A stretch of DNA of 64,000 nt, taken from positions 32,001-96,000 of the forward strand of contig JBMNIH010000010.1 of the NCBI GenBank assembly GCA_050950825.1, given 5' to 3'. Positions 1-10,862 of the stretch are shown here, in pieces. A model generated the notes under the pieces. It did no database searches. It had not been told where the DNA came from and worked only from the letters and a program-made list of their open reading frames with translations. The DNA comes from Clostridia bacterium (GTDB lineage Bacteria; Bacillota; Clostridia; JAAYHZ01). Numbering within the stretch: the first letter of the stretch is position 1; each line of letters opens with the position of its first letter. The position numbers and the translations under genes are program-made.

Positions 1-536
1 TGGATATTAAAGACATTAAAAGAGACGAGCTTCGGAAGAACATCGCCATGGTATTGCAGGATACCCATTTGTTCACCGGAACCATTATGGAAAACATTCG
101 ATACGGTCGATTGGATGCTACCGACGAAGAAGTCATAGAAGCGGCAAAAACCGCCAATGCCCACGGCTTTATCGAGCGGTTGGAAAAAGGCTACGATACC
201 GTTATCGAAGGAGACGGCGCCAACCTTTCCCAAGGCCAGCGGCAGCTTCTCAATATCGCCCGAGCCGCCCTCAGTAAAGCACCCATATTGGTGCTAGACG
301 AAGCCACGTCATCGGTGGATACCCGAACGGAAAAGCAAATCGAAAAGGGAATGGACAGCTTAATGAAAAACCGCACCACCTTTGTCATTGCCCACAGACT
401 GTCTACCGTTCGAAATGCCAATGTGATCATGGTTTTAGAGCAAGGGGAAATCATCGAACGCGGTACCCACGAGGAACTGCTTGAACTAAAGGGAAGGTAT
501 TACGAGCTGTATACCGGAATGAGAGAATTGGAATAA
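1..536 (+). CDS. ABC transporter ATP-binding/permease protein (multidrug exporter type), C-terminal part, truncated by window edge
   Basis: Signature LSQGQRQ, Walker B ILVLDEATS, H-loop IAHRLST; frame is open back to the window start. Confidence 0.93.
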   Translation, partial: DIKDIKRDELRKNIAMVLQDTHLFTGTIMENIRYGRLDATDEEVIEAAKTANAHGFIERLEKGYDTVIEGDGANLSQGQRQLLNIARAALSKAPILVLDEATSSVDTRTEKQIEKGMDSLMKNRTTFVIAHRLSTVRNANVIMVLEQGEIIERGTHEELLELKGRYYELYTGMRELE

Positions 537-542
537 AAAATG

Positions 543-583
543 AAAAGCAAATCCGCCGAAAGTATGGGGGATTTGCTTTTTTT
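543..583. terminator. Bidirectional intrinsic terminator
   Basis: AAAAGCAAATCC...GGATTTGCTTTT stem with A/T tails between convergent genes. Confidence 0.8.
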
Positions 584-584
584 A

Positions 585-1286
585 TTATACCGGTGTAAAA
601 ACACTTTTCGGAGCTCTGCATAAAGGACAGGTCCAGTCTTCAGGCAGATCGTTGAAGGAAGTTCCGGGCTTGATGCCGTGCTCCTCGTCCCCTTCTGCCG
701 GGTCGTAAATATATCCGCAAATGGGACAACGATATTTCGGATATCCCGAAGCCGCTTCTTTTTGTAAGCTTCCTTCCTCCTCCGGTCCCCGATATGTCGG
801 CGCCGTTTTGGGAGCCGTCCCTTTTTTCACTTCGTGATAATAGGCGTAGGTTAATGGCTTGTCCTTCTTAAACACCATCGCGTCAATCACATCCCCAATA
901 AACATGGTATGGGTGCCTACGTCTACCGTTTGCTTCACATTGCACTCCAAATACCCGAGGCAGTGGTCGATGATAATGGGGGATCCTCCTTGCGCGTTGA
1001 TATAATCGAGTCCGGCAAACTTATCCGTGTCGCGTCCGCTTTTAAATCCGAACAAACCGATAATATCCATGGGGGTATCCGTTGAGAGTATGCATACTCC
1101 GAATCGTTTGGCCCTCATAATCATTTCATGGGTTAAATTTTCTTTGTTGATGCATACGGTAATGGTTTTCGGCTCCGCCGTAACCTGAAAAACCGTATTG
1201 GCTATTTGTCCGTTGATTCGATCTTGATCGCGTACCGTTATGATATAGAGTCCGTACGTTATGTCATAAAGCGCTTTGTCATCCAT
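585..1286 (-). CDS. High-molecular-weight rubredoxin (flavin reductase domain + C-terminal rubredoxin)
   Basis: N-terminal flavin-reductase-like domain ([25 protein letters not shown]) and rubredoxin [10 protein letters not shown]...WTCPLC. Start placed at ATG 1286 after AAAGGA; ORF track gives 1313. Confidence 0.9.
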   Translation of the reverse strand: MDDKALYDITYGLYIITVRDQDRINGQIANTVFQVTAEPKTITVCINKENLTHEMIMRAKRFGVCILSTDTPMDIIGLFGFKSGRDTDKFAGLDYINAQGGSPIIIDHCLGYLECNVKQTVDVGTHTMFIGDVIDAMVFKKDKPLTYAYYHEVKKGTAPKTAPTYRGPEEEGSLQKEAASGYPKYRCPICGYIYDPAEGDEEHGIKPGTSFNDLPEDWTCPLCRAPKSVFTPV

Positions 1287-1460
1287 AAAAGAAATCCTTT
1301 CTCCGTCTGACATTTATTGTTCATCTATATAGTATCATTTTCCTTGCCGGAATTCTATATAAAATAAGCGGAAGATACCCATTGTCCCTATATCTCACCG
1401 ATCGGTTACGTTATGGTACAATTGCGTTAAACAAAAATAGAAAGGAAGAGATCTTTGCAT

Positions 1461-2162
1461 ATGAAAGGAAAAACGGCAGTGGTAACCGGCGGAGCAAAAG
1501 GAATCGGAAAAAATATTTGCGACGCTTTTCGAAGGGAAGGAGCCAATGTCTGCGTAATTGACGTGCTTCCCAATGACTATTTCGTTGGCGATATCGCCGA
1601 TGAGAAGACTCTTGTGGCATTTTCTCAAAAAGTGATTCAAGACTACAACAAAATCGACTTTTTAATCAACAACGCCTGCTTGACAAAAGGAGGCATCCAT
1701 ACCTGCAGTTATGACGATTTCAATTACGTTCTTCGCGTCGGCGTAACGGCACCGTTTATGTTAACCAAATTATTTAAAGATCACTTTAATCCGGGAGGCT
1801 GCATCGTAAACATTTCTTCAATCCGGCACATGATGAGCCAAGCGGATACGGAAAGCTACACGGCGACAAAAGGAGCCATCACCGCATTAACCCACGGATT
1901 GGCCATAAGCCTTGCCGGGAAAGTGCGGGTAAACGCCATTTCTCCCGGTTGGATCGATACAACCTACGGCGTTTTCAGTGAGGAAGACAACAAGCAGCAT
2001 CCCGTTGGCCGCATAGGGCTTCCGGAAGACATTACAAACGCCGTCATGTTTCTCTGCAGCGATAAAAGCGGTTTTATCACCGGGCAGGATATAACGATTG
2101 ACGGCGGCATGTCAAAACTCCTAATCTATCATAACGAGTGCGGCTGGACATATAACAAGTAG
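1461..2162 (+). CDS. Short-chain dehydrogenase/reductase (SDR)
   Basis: TGGAKGIG NAD(P)-binding motif, NNA, catalytic YTATK, PGWIDT. Confidence 0.92.
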   Translation: MKGKTAVVTGGAKGIGKNICDAFRREGANVCVIDVLPNDYFVGDIADEKTLVAFSQKVIQDYNKIDFLINNACLTKGGIHTCSYDDFNYVLRVGVTAPFMLTKLFKDHFNPGGCIVNISSIRHMMSQADTESYTATKGAITALTHGLAISLAGKVRVNAISPGWIDTTYGVFSEEDNKQHPVGRIGLPEDITNAVMFLCSDKSGFITGQDITIDGGMSKLLIYHNECGWTYNK

Positions 2163-2354
2163 CTAAGCATCGATCTCCGTATCTTTTTTACCCTTTTTAC
2201 GTTGTCGGACGCATTCGGTCAAAAGGTATTCGATTTGTCCGTTGATGGAGCGAAATTCTTCGGCGGACCATTGGGCAAGCTCTTTCCACAGGGATGACGA
2301 TATTCTTAAAACGATTTGCTTTTTTTCATCGTTTTCGTTTTTCAAGATCATCAT
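2163..2354 (-). CDS. Arc-like ribbon-helix-helix DNA-binding protein
   Basis: KKQIVLRISSSLWKELAQWSAEEFRSINGQIEYLL pattern; directly downstream of the SPFH gene, a common pairing. Confidence 0.85.
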   Translation of the reverse strand: MMILKNENDEKKQIVLRISSSLWKELAQWSAEEFRSINGQIEYLLTECVRQRKKGKKDTEIDA

Positions 2355-2368
2355 CCCCCTTTTCTTTC

Positions 2369-3409
2369 TTAATAAAGCGATCCACTGTTTACCACCGGTT
2401 GCGCATCCCTGTTACCGCAAAGAACCACTAACAAATTGCTAACCATGGCAGCCTTTCTTTCTTCGTCCAATTCCACTATACCGTTTTCGCTGAGCTTGGA
2501 CAAAGCCATTTCCACCATCCCGACGGCTCCTTCTACGATCATTTGCCTTGCGTCGATGATTGCCGAAGCTTGCTGTCTTTGAAGCATCGCCGCCGCAATT
2601 TCCGGAGCATAAGCCAAGTGGGTGATTCTGGCTTCCAAAATCTCCAGTCCCGCGACCTCCACTCTCGCTTGAATATCCTTCGCCAATCGATCGGAAACCT
2701 CTTGGCTGCTGCCCCTTAGCGATTTTTCATTGTCCTTGTCACCGGATACATCGTAAGGATAAAGCCTTACAATGTTTCTTAAAGCCGCATCGCTTTGAAT
2801 GGATAAAAACTCGGTGTAGTTATCCACGTTGAATACCGCTTTCGCCGTGTTTACTACTCTCCAAATGACCACAATTCCGATTATAACGGGATTGCCCAAT
2901 AAATCGTTGACTTTTTGCTTGTCGTTATTCAATGTAACGGCTTTTAAAGATATGACCTTTCTTCTGGTTAAAGCGCTAAGGTCCGTTGCCATAGGCTGGC
3001 TTTTTGCCGTGGGAAGGACCTGCTCCGGTATGATTTTCCCGGAAGAGGTGGCTTTCAAAGCAGGATTGACAGCCGTAACAAAAGGATTGACAAAGTAGAA
3101 ACCCGCTCCTTTTAATGTACCGTAGTATTTTCCGAAAAGAGTAAACACATACGCTTCGTTCGGGCCTAAGACCTTTAAACCGGCAAACAATACGGGACCG
3201 ACTATGAAAGCATATAAAGAACCGACCACAATCAATATGACCCATCCCGCTCCGCCGCCTTCTTCAAGCCGGACGGCGCTGACGACGAATAAAGCGAGAA
3301 ATCCGATAATCAACACAATATTCAGCAGCAACATCATCATACCGTTTGTATGTTTTGCCTTGATCTCTTGATATTCCGTCATTTTTCCTACTACCGAATT
3401 GTTTTCCAT
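2369..3409 (-). CDS. SPFH/Band 7 domain membrane protein
   Basis: Two N-terminal TM helices, [37 protein letters not shown]. Start at ATG 3409 after AAGGAG; ORF track gives 3430. Confidence 0.92.
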   Translation of the reverse strand: MENNSVVGKMTEYQEIKAKHTNGMMMLLLNIVLIIGFLALFVVSAVRLEEGGGAGWVILIVVGSLYAFIVGPVLFAGLKVLGPNEAYVFTLFGKYYGTLKGAGFYFVNPFVTAVNPALKATSSGKIIPEQVLPTAKSQPMATDLSALTRRKVISLKAVTLNNDKQKVNDLLGNPVIIGIVVIWRVVNTAKAVFNVDNYTEFLSIQSDAALRNIVRLYPYDVSGDKDNEKSLRGSSQEVSDRLAKDIQARVEVAGLEILEARITHLAYAPEIAAAMLQRQQASAIIDARQMIVEGAVGMVEMALSKLSENGIVELDEERKAAMVSNLLVVLCGNRDAQPVVNSGSLY

Positions 3410-3454
3410 ATGCCACGATTCTCCTTTCACGAAATTTTATAATCATCCTTATAT

Positions 3455-3495
3455 TGATATGTAAATGATATCATTTTGATATCACTTTGATAATA
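3455..3495. promoter_or_regulatory. Array of TGATATCA boxes at 11-bp spacing (putative RHH operator)
   Basis: TGATATGT 3455, TGATATCA 3466, TGATATCA 3477, TGATAATA 3488, upstream of the SPFH-Arc operon. Confidence 0.7.
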
Positions 3496-3584
3496 CAATA
3501 AATAACCGAAGATGTAAACAGTCATTGAAAAAAAAGTATAAATACCGGTATACTTAAAAAAACAGAACAAAGAGGAGAAAACGG

Positions 3585-3845
3585 ATGAAAGAGCTTACCT
3601 ATTTTTATTTACCCGGATGCCCGTTTTGTAAACAAGCATCGGCTTGGATGGAGGAACTTATCAAAGAAAATCCCGATTACGGGAAAATTCCCGTACAACG
3701 AGTAGACGAAAGGCAGAATCGAGCATTAGCCGATCAATACGACTATTGGCTCGTTCCCTCTTTCTTTATAGGAGACGAAAAGCTGCACGAAGGTGCCGCA
3801 ACGAAGGATATTATTAAAAAAGTTCTTGACAAAGCCTTGGAATAA
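3585..3845 (+). CDS. Glutaredoxin/thioredoxin family protein
   Basis: CPFC active site, YDYWLVP cis-Pro motif, AGGAG RBS. Confidence 0.88.
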   Translation: MKELTYFYLPGCPFCKQASAWMEELIKENPDYGKIPVQRVDERQNRALADQYDYWLVPSFFIGDEKLHEGAATKDIIKKVLDKALE

Positions 3846-3931
3846 AAATAAAAGGGTCCGTTCCTCTATTCAACAACACCAACCACGAAATATTGCTGTA
3901 GATGAACGGACTCGCAACTAAAGGGAGGCTT

Positions 3932-6442
3932 CTACGGAATAACAACCGGATCTTTCTTTAAGTTAAATACATTATCTTTAACGATGAATTTATCGTAATA
4001 ATCGGAATTCCAACCGTACAAATACCCTTTTTCATAGGCATCCAACGGCATATACACGGCGTTTCGGTAAAACTCCTGTACTCCGGAGGGCAGCCCTCGT
4101 ATGAGATACGGGTATTTTTCCGATAAAAAGGTATTGTGATAAATCATGATATTTTCTCCTGCCGTGGATGTTCCGTCTTTTCGGTCACTGCCGCCGTGCA
4201 TATCGAAGCAATGGCTCAAAGAGTGGCCCATCTGCAGGTTGTAACGTGCCGTATAACCGGAGCCGGGTTCCCCGCTTCCTTGAATGTCGTGACGATTGTA
4301 ATCGAACAAATTGTATTCGATTAACGATATCGCCTTTCCGTGGCTTACGCCGTAGCCTAAGCCGTTTCTTTGGTTGTGGTGGATGTAGTTATGATGGATG
4401 TGATGATTTTTGCTTTCACCGGAGATGCTGATGGCACCGGTGCTGAAGCCCGCCAATTCGCAATTATCCACCTGCAACCCGTTATAATTGGTCAGCAGCC
4501 CGTACATGGTAACCAATTTAAAATAGTAGTCGTGGCCTTTCGGATTATCGCCGCCAAAGGACCTTTTATGGAAATCCAATCTCGGTTCGGGATCCGGACC
4601 CTTGATGCACATTCCGGTAATGCGGACATTTTCTTTTAACTCAAATACCGGTGCATAAAAAGTATCGCAGTATATCAATGCTCCCGGAGAATCACCGTTT
4701 CCGCGGTCGCTTGCGATGGTTACGCCGCTGTTCACCTTTAAGGTGTTGCTGATAACGGTTAAATCAATCGTCGCATTTCCTTTGACGAAAATAACTTCTC
4801 CTTCCTTGGCTTTCGACAAAGCATCCGTGAATTCTTCCACGGTTTCCACTACGTAATCGCCGTCGGTAAAAATCTCATCATACCCGTACCCGCCTCCTAA
4901 AGGCCGGTCATCCGGTATGGCACCGTATTTTTCTCCGTCGATTACCGTGTAAGGTTGTTCCAAATAGTCGTATGCCAAATCATAGCCTTCGATTGTTCGA
5001 ATGATATTTTTAATGGAACCAAAGGTCTTTTCCTTTTCTTCCTCCTTCGAGCTTTCCAACTCCGTTAAAAGAGTGTTCATAAGGTCATGCACAACGCTTA
5101 AATCGCAGTAATAGATCCGGGCAGTGATATTGGCAGTCCTCATTTCGGGCGTATGCTTCGCCATATATTCCTCAATACGAAATTCGTCATCAATCTTCTT
5201 TTCATCCTGTAAATCTTTTAATCCGAAGGCGTTGCTTTCACCGAAGGAAGCATCCAAGCCTATATACTCTTCTTTCTTTTGGTACAAATGATTGTTCTTA
5301 AACTCGATGCTTTCGATCAAAAAGTCCTTTATATCCATAGCGGGAGCTTCGGAAAGCAGCGTATTGTTAACGATGACAACTCCTTCCGGTTCGTTATACG
5401 TTCCCTCGGCCTTCGATTTTTCCAATCTCAAAAAGCATTCCTTGGTATTACCCATGTCCACGTTGTTCGCGATTTCCAAACGAAGGGACGGCCTTTTGAC
5501 TCCTTTTATGGAAACTCGAAGATTATTAAACAAATTGCCTTCAACCCGAACAAAGGCTCCTTCCGCCAATACGCCGAATCCTCGGTTGACCGATTTGCAA
5601 TCGTGAATGTAATTGTTTTTTACAATCGCTTCTTCCGACCCGAAAATTTCAATGGCGGCGTAATTAAATCCGGATATTTCGCAATTATCTACCGTGGCAC
5701 CGGTACCGTTGATGAAAATACCGCTCATTTTCAATCGATTTTTCCAATCTCTTTCCTTTGCATCCGGACCTTGTATGCGCAGTCCGGTTACACGAGCGTT
5801 TTTGTCCATTTGGATGAAAGGAACCGCCCGCATGGCGCTTGTATAAATCATGCCGCCCTTTGATCCGTTGTTTCCACGATCGGAGGCTAACGTTACGCCT
5901 TCCTTTAATTTGATATCGTATTGGTCCGCATACATAAACTCCGTCATATCGATCTTTACGTCCCTCGGTACGAATATGACGTCACCGGCTTCGGCTTTTT
6001 CCAAAGCATTCACCAGCTCCTCGGCATTTTTAACGACGTATTTGCCGGTTTGGAGAATTTCGGGATATCCCGCTCCCCCTCCTACGGGACCTTGGTCGTC
6101 GGTAATTCCGTAACGAATACCGTCCTTTTCAACGGTTAAATAAGGCAGGCAGCTGTAGTATCGGAAGGATTCTTCCATCTCCCTTATGAGGAATGCCAAA
6201 ACCTTCGAAGCGTCTTCCTTGGATATTTTTTCGTTTTTGTATTCATAAAGCAAAACCTCCAAGGATCGATGAATGAAGTATGGGTCAATGAAAAAGCTGC
6301 CAACGGCTAACTTGAATTCACCGAAGAGATTTTCCGGTTTGATTCCCTCGGAGCTTTCGGAAATTTTTACGCAACCTTGGTTGCTTCCCGCCAATAACAG
6401 CGTCATCGCCATCATATAGAACAAAAACCTATTTCTTTTCAT
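3932..6442 (-). CDS. Secreted/lipoprotein with two tandem right-handed parallel beta-helix modules
   Basis: N-terminal hydrophobic signal with Cys; two homologous modules (GGGAGY...GVTLASDRG and GGGYGY...GVTIASDRG) with PbH1-like Asn ladders (VDNCEISGF, IHHNYIHHNQ). Confidence 0.78.
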   Translation of the reverse strand: MKRNRFLFYMMAMTLLLAGSNQGCVKISESSEGIKPENLFGEFKLAVGSFFIDPYFIHRSLEVLLYEYKNEKISKEDASKVLAFLIREMEESFRYYSCLPYLTVEKDGIRYGITDDQGPVGGGAGYPEILQTGKYVVKNAEELVNALEKAEAGDVIFVPRDVKIDMTEFMYADQYDIKLKEGVTLASDRGNNGSKGGMIYTSAMRAVPFIQMDKNARVTGLRIQGPDAKERDWKNRLKMSGIFINGTGATVDNCEISGFNYAAIEIFGSEEAIVKNNYIHDCKSVNRGFGVLAEGAFVRVEGNLFNNLRVSIKGVKRPSLRLEIANNVDMGNTKECFLRLEKSKAEGTYNEPEGVVIVNNTLLSEAPAMDIKDFLIESIEFKNNHLYQKKEEYIGLDASFGESNAFGLKDLQDEKKIDDEFRIEEYMAKHTPEMRTANITARIYYCDLSVVHDLMNTLLTELESSKEEEKEKTFGSIKNIIRTIEGYDLAYDYLEQPYTVIDGEKYGAIPDDRPLGGGYGYDEIFTDGDYVVETVEEFTDALSKAKEGEVIFVKGNATIDLTVISNTLKVNSGVTIASDRGNGDSPGALIYCDTFYAPVFELKENVRITGMCIKGPDPEPRLDFHKRSFGGDNPKGHDYYFKLVTMYGLLTNYNGLQVDNCELAGFSTGAISISGESKNHHIHHNYIHHNQRNGLGYGVSHGKAISLIEYNLFDYNRHDIQGSGEPGSGYTARYNLQMGHSLSHCFDMHGGSDRKDGTSTAGENIMIYHNTFLSEKYPYLIRGLPSGVQEFYRNAVYMPLDAYEKGYLYGWNSDYYDKFIVKDNVFNLKKDPVVIP

Positions 6443-6445
6443 CCT

Positions 6446-8884
6446 TTATCTACCTCCGGAAAGCTTTTCACGGTGAAACCCAAACGGTTCGATCTTTATT
6501 TTTTTTATACCGTATTTTCGGGTTTCCATCTCAAGCTCCACAGGTTCACTTCCTCCGTTCATGATACTGATATCCCCTTCTTCGCCGGTTTGTATGACAA
6601 TTCCTTCTTTCATGTGACGAACTCGACCGAAGGAATTGAAAAAGCCTGCGGAATGCTTCGGAATCATTTTCTCATATACCCACTCCGAAGAAAAGGCGGT
6701 AATCAAACCGGGGTAAATATCCATAGGGTCTTGGCTTATAGGCCGCTTTATATTCAACACCGCATTCCGGTCGTCGTGATTAAAATAGCAAAGATAATCC
6801 TCGACCTTCAATACGTCGATATTCGGGCGCCCTGCATCCCATATTTCAAGTTTTTCGTAAACTTCTTTCCCTTGCAAGTAGTCCCGGTTCGGCATGATGA
6901 CCGAAATCAATTTACCGAAAAACTCCCCCTCTTTCACAAAGAAGGGCTCGTTAATATGGTCCAGTATACATACGTCTTCCAATCCCACCCATTTCGGATA
7001 ACGATGGACGTTAATATACTTGGTCTGTTTATTATACAGAGCAATAAAGCCCATTTCGTTGTCGATGTTCATATAGTGCAAATCGGGATAATAATCCGTA
7101 ATATCCTCGCCGCCCATATACCCGAAATACCGTTTCACGCGGTGCTTCGTATAAAGGGTACGGTATCCTTTCGCAACGTCCTCGTTGTTTTTGTAGCTTT
7201 CATTCCGTATGCCGATAATGCCGGCATTTAAGGATGTGACTTTTAAGTCGCGATTGGCGGCATAGATATGAGAATATACGCACATATCGCCGGGCAATGC
7301 AATAAACCCCACGTTTTGGTCCGTCATTCCCAAACCGCGATCAACGGTTCCCCGAGCCGTGTAATGGTCCTTCTCCTTATGGATATTCACCTTCTTCATA
7401 TTTCGAACCGTATGAAAGTTCGACAAGCCGGGATCTCCTTCATATCCTTCCACGGTGATTTCTCCTATGAAATTCGCCGTTTTGGGAGTAAAAGACCACA
7501 ACCCTTTTTCCGGGAAACAAAAGACCATGCAATTGTTTCGATATGTGAAACAGGAAAAGCTTTTTCCCGAGTTTCGTATAATACTGTTGCCGTACGGATA
7601 GTGGAAAACGCCTACGGTATTGGCAGACCTTTTGGCCGGAACCTTTTTCGCAAACTTATGCAGCAAAAAGGTTAAAGCAACGGAGGAGGCCGCCATATGA
7701 TCCATCTCGAAAGCGCTTTGGTGCTCATTGATCACGAATTTTTTACCGTCTTTTTCATAAAAGCATCCGTTTCCGTTTCCGTCCTGTATGCTTTTAATCC
7801 GTTCCAAGGCCTTCTTTTCGAAAATACCCGCTTCTTCGTCGCCTTGAAGAACGTACATTACCGCATGGGTAAAATGGCTGTCGGGTAGCGTATAATACCA
7901 CCAGTCCTGGCCTTGGATCGGTATCGGGGTTCCGTCCATATCCGACCATATTTTGATGGTATTGTCGTATACATCCTTCCATCGATATGTAACCGCTTCC
8001 GGGATCTCAAGACCCGCCATTTGGTACATGATGGCGATCACCGCACGAATATGAATTCCGCAGGCGATGTAATTCGGATGTACAAACCGATGGTTTTCCG
8101 CCGTAAAGTCCGGATGGGTGGTTACCGTATTGATCCATCCTCCGGCAATCCTTCTTCCTTCCCACTTATCTTCTCTGAAAGCATCCAAATAGGTTGTACA
8201 GGAGTTAAAAGCCCACCGCTTTGCGGCCCTTTCCCACTTGTCGCGGTTCGGATGATCCTTCAGCAAAAAGCTTGCCGTGGCGATTCCCATAGCGGTCCAG
8301 GCATTTTCCTCCGTCTGTGTATCCGAATACGTCCCCGAGGGACAAGGATAGTCCATCCAACGATCGGCATAATTCTCTAAAACGTTCCATACCAATCCCT
8401 TTGTCTCGTTATCAAGGTACTCCCACAACAACCAAGCCGCTAATCCGAATCTGGAGATCGACGTCCCATGTTGACTGGCCATGAAAAAATTGTCATTCAG
8501 CCCGCCCCACTTTTTATTGCTGCAGTGCGGATTATTGGATTTTTCTCTGACGCAATCGGCAGGACCGGTATCATGGGTAAAACCCAAATACCGAATAGCC
8601 GATACGGCCTTTTGAATAATTTCATCTTTAGGTACTCTGCATAAAGCGGGATCGATTTCGTCGAAAGAAGCTACAACGGCATATACGAAGGCTGCAAAGG
8701 TTGTTTCTATTTCGTACCAATAGGATCCGCCAAAAAAATGTCCGCAATTTTCTCTTCCGTTCCACTTGCTGTAATGGTCGTCGGCGAAGTTGATCCACTT
8801 TTGCAGCATCCGGTGGGTCAAGCGAGTGACTTCGTCATCCTTGGTATCCTTTACGATGTCAAAACAAGTATAATTAAAGTTCAT
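6446..8884 (-). CDS. Hypothetical 812-aa protein, possibly lyase-like (alpha/alpha toroid + beta-sandwich)
   Basis: Long ORF with GAGG RBS; helical Trp/His/Tyr-rich N-half (EENAW, ENHRFVHPNY), beta-rich C-half. Function is inference. Confidence 0.6.
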   Translation of the reverse strand: MNFNYTCFDIVKDTKDDEVTRLTHRMLQKWINFADDHYSKWNGRENCGHFFGGSYWYEIETTFAAFVYAVVASFDEIDPALCRVPKDEIIQKAVSAIRYLGFTHDTGPADCVREKSNNPHCSNKKWGGLNDNFFMASQHGTSISRFGLAAWLLWEYLDNETKGLVWNVLENYADRWMDYPCPSGTYSDTQTEENAWTAMGIATASFLLKDHPNRDKWERAAKRWAFNSCTTYLDAFREDKWEGRRIAGGWINTVTTHPDFTAENHRFVHPNYIACGIHIRAVIAIMYQMAGLEIPEAVTYRWKDVYDNTIKIWSDMDGTPIPIQGQDWWYYTLPDSHFTHAVMYVLQGDEEAGIFEKKALERIKSIQDGNGNGCFYEKDGKKFVINEHQSAFEMDHMAASSVALTFLLHKFAKKVPAKRSANTVGVFHYPYGNSIIRNSGKSFSCFTYRNNCMVFCFPEKGLWSFTPKTANFIGEITVEGYEGDPGLSNFHTVRNMKKVNIHKEKDHYTARGTVDRGLGMTDQNVGFIALPGDMCVYSHIYAANRDLKVTSLNAGIIGIRNESYKNNEDVAKGYRTLYTKHRVKRYFGYMGGEDITDYYPDLHYMNIDNEMGFIALYNKQTKYINVHRYPKWVGLEDVCILDHINEPFFVKEGEFFGKLISVIMPNRDYLQGKEVYEKLEIWDAGRPNIDVLKVEDYLCYFNHDDRNAVLNIKRPISQDPMDIYPGLITAFSSEWVYEKMIPKHSAGFFNSFGRVRHMKEGIVIQTGEEGDISIMNGGSEPVELEMETRKYGIKKIKIEPFGFHREKLSGGR

Positions 8885-8934
8885 AGGACGCTACCTCGTA
8901 GTATCAGATTCTAATACGGTCTCATATAAAGGAG

Positions 8935-8961
8935 GGAAGTTGCCGTTTTATGGCAACTTCC
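8935..8961 (-). terminator. Intergenic stem-loop after solute-binding protein gene
   Basis: GGAAGTTGCC...GGCAACTTCC perfect 10-bp stem. Confidence 0.6.
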
Positions 8962-8981
8962 GGGAGTCTAGGCCGATTCAG

Positions 8982-10862
8982 CTACTCTTTTAATATAAAC
9001 TTCAAACCGGGGTCGTATTTTTCAAATTCAGGATTGTTGAAGAAATCGTCAACCAACCTCTGCAAGCCGTTTGCATACAGCTGATCGATATATTGGCTCC
9101 ACTCCGTATCGAAGTTTGCAATCTGTCCCTTCAAGGCTCTGTTCTTAAAGTCGGCGATAATGGGATTCAATTGTGCGTTGATTTCCGCGCTGACTTCGTT
9201 GTATTGGGCAAACAGTTCTCTTCCCATGTAGGCTTCGGACAAGTGCTTTTCAGGGTTTAACGCATACTTTTCAAACAATCCGTAGTAGTGCATGAAGGGC
9301 ATGAACCACCAGTAACCGTCTTTTAACGCGTTGTCAATCTGGGATTGAACCGTCGAGGGTGTATAGAACAAGCTGAACACCTTCAACTGTCCTCTGTATT
9401 CTTCGGGAAGATCGGCGGCATTCACTTTAATGATATTGCTCTTGTAAGGTTCGCCTGCCCATGTGAAATGGATGCCTTCGATACCGTTGTTGTAGCGGGT
9501 ATAGTTTTCAATGCTGCTGAAGGTGGTATACTGGAGTATTCTGCAGATTCTTTCCAGTTTTCCGTCATCCACTTGGGCTCCGATCAGCTGCAATCTGTAG
9601 GATCCGGTTCCATAGGGGTCGATATCGTATGTCATATTCACGAGTTTTCCTTCGGGACCTCTGAACATGGGACCGATGACGAATCTTGCATCCTTAAATT
9701 GCTCTTGCAAGAAAATATTTTGAGGAGGATACACCTGGTAGCCGGAACTGTTTAAGTAAACATAACCGTCGCTAACAATGGACATTACGCCTACTTTGTT
9801 GGTTCCGGAGAGCTGGCAGTATTCCGTTACCCAGCTTTCTTTTCCGGGAAGGGTTGTCATATAGCCTTTTGCAATAACGTCGGCAACCCATTGTAAGTAA
9901 TCTTTATACGGAGTATAGGCATATTTCGGTACAATATCACCTGTGACCGGATCCTTGTACAGGTACTTGGCATCGTGAACAAAACCGAACAAACCTTCTT
10001 GGGTCATATTCGTCCATTGGGTTTCAGGCATATACATGGTTCCGACGGTGTCGTCGATTCCGTTTCCGTCAGGGTCGTCTTCCGTGAACTTCTTAAGTAT
10101 GTCGTTGTATTCTTCAAAAGTGAAGTTTCCTTCTGCGAAATAAATGTTATCATTGTACTGCTCATAACCGGATACGGTGGTCTTAAACGGAGTAAGCTGA
10201 CTTTCGTCAAATCCGTATCCGATAGCTTCTAACCAGTCTAAGTTCACGCAGGTAGCATCATAGAAGAACTGGCAGCTTCCCATTTGGTTGAATGTAAATC
10301 CGATGTACTCATCGTCTTTTCCCGGTACCAAATTGTACTTGAAGCCTATGGGTATCTTTTCCATTGCTTCCACATAACCCGGAATCCAATCCTTCATTTG
10401 TTGGAGGGTAATGGAACGAATGATACCGGCATCATACATGTCATAAGGCTGCATGGGAGCTTGAGGCATATAGAAGTAATCGGGAATATCTCCTGCAGCA
10501 ACCAACTGGGCCATTCTTTCCGTATTTCTACCGTCTTCCGCCCAAACCTGAAGATCTACGTTGAACAACTCTTCCAATTCCAGCTCGTCCCATCTTCCTT
10601 CTCTCCAGTCGGCGTTCAATTGAGTCAACCACGTAATCTCATAGAACGTTTCCAGAGGATTCGGCTCGGGAGCCGCTGTCGTTGTCGTTGTTTGTGCGGC
10701 TGTCGTTGTGGTAGCCGGTTTACTTGTCGTCGTTTGAGCTTTTGTTGTTGTTGTGTCGGACGCAACGGGCTCCTTCTCAGCGGATTGAGAACACCCTATC
10801 AATGATACAAGCATTGATATCACGACCAATAAACAGATCAAACAAAGCAATCGTTTAAACAT
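8982..10862 (-). CDS. Extracellular solute-binding lipoprotein (carbohydrate ABC type)
   Basis: Lipobox LIGC, Thr-rich linker, AGDIPD, DPDGNGIDDT motif. Start at ATG 10862 after AAGGAGG. Confidence 0.85.
   Translation of the reverse strand: MFKRLLCLICLLVVISMLVSLIGCSQSAEKEPVASDTTTTKAQTTTSKPATTTTAAQTTTTTAAPEPNPLETFYEITWLTQLNADWREGRWDELELEELFNVDLQVWAEDGRNTERMAQLVAAGDIPDYFYMPQAPMQPYDMYDAGIIRSITLQQMKDWIPGYVEAMEKIPIGFKYNLVPGKDDEYIGFTFNQMGSCQFFYDATCVNLDWLEAIGYGFDESQLTPFKTTVSGYEQYNDNIYFAEGNFTFEEYNDILKKFTEDDPDGNGIDDTVGTMYMPETQWTNMTQEGLFGFVHDAKYLYKDPVTGDIVPKYAYTPYKDYLQWVADVIAKGYMTTLPGKESWVTEYCQLSGTNKVGVMSIVSDGYVYLNSSGYQVYPPQNIFLQEQFKDARFVIGPMFRGPEGKLVNMTYDIDPYGTGSYRLQLIGAQVDDGKLERICRILQYTTFSSIENYTRYNNGIEGIHFTWAGEPYKSNIIKVNAADLPEEYRGQLKVFSLFYTPSTVQSQIDNALKDGYWWFMPFMHYYGLFEKYALNPEKHLSEAYMGRELFAQYNEVSAEINAQLNPIIADFKNRALKGQIANFDTEWSQYIDQLYANGLQRLVDDFFNNPEFEKYDPGLKFILKE

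Noticed and set aside
10670-10760. Tandem DNA repeat
   Set aside because: Low-complexity codons for the Thr-rich lipoprotein linker.
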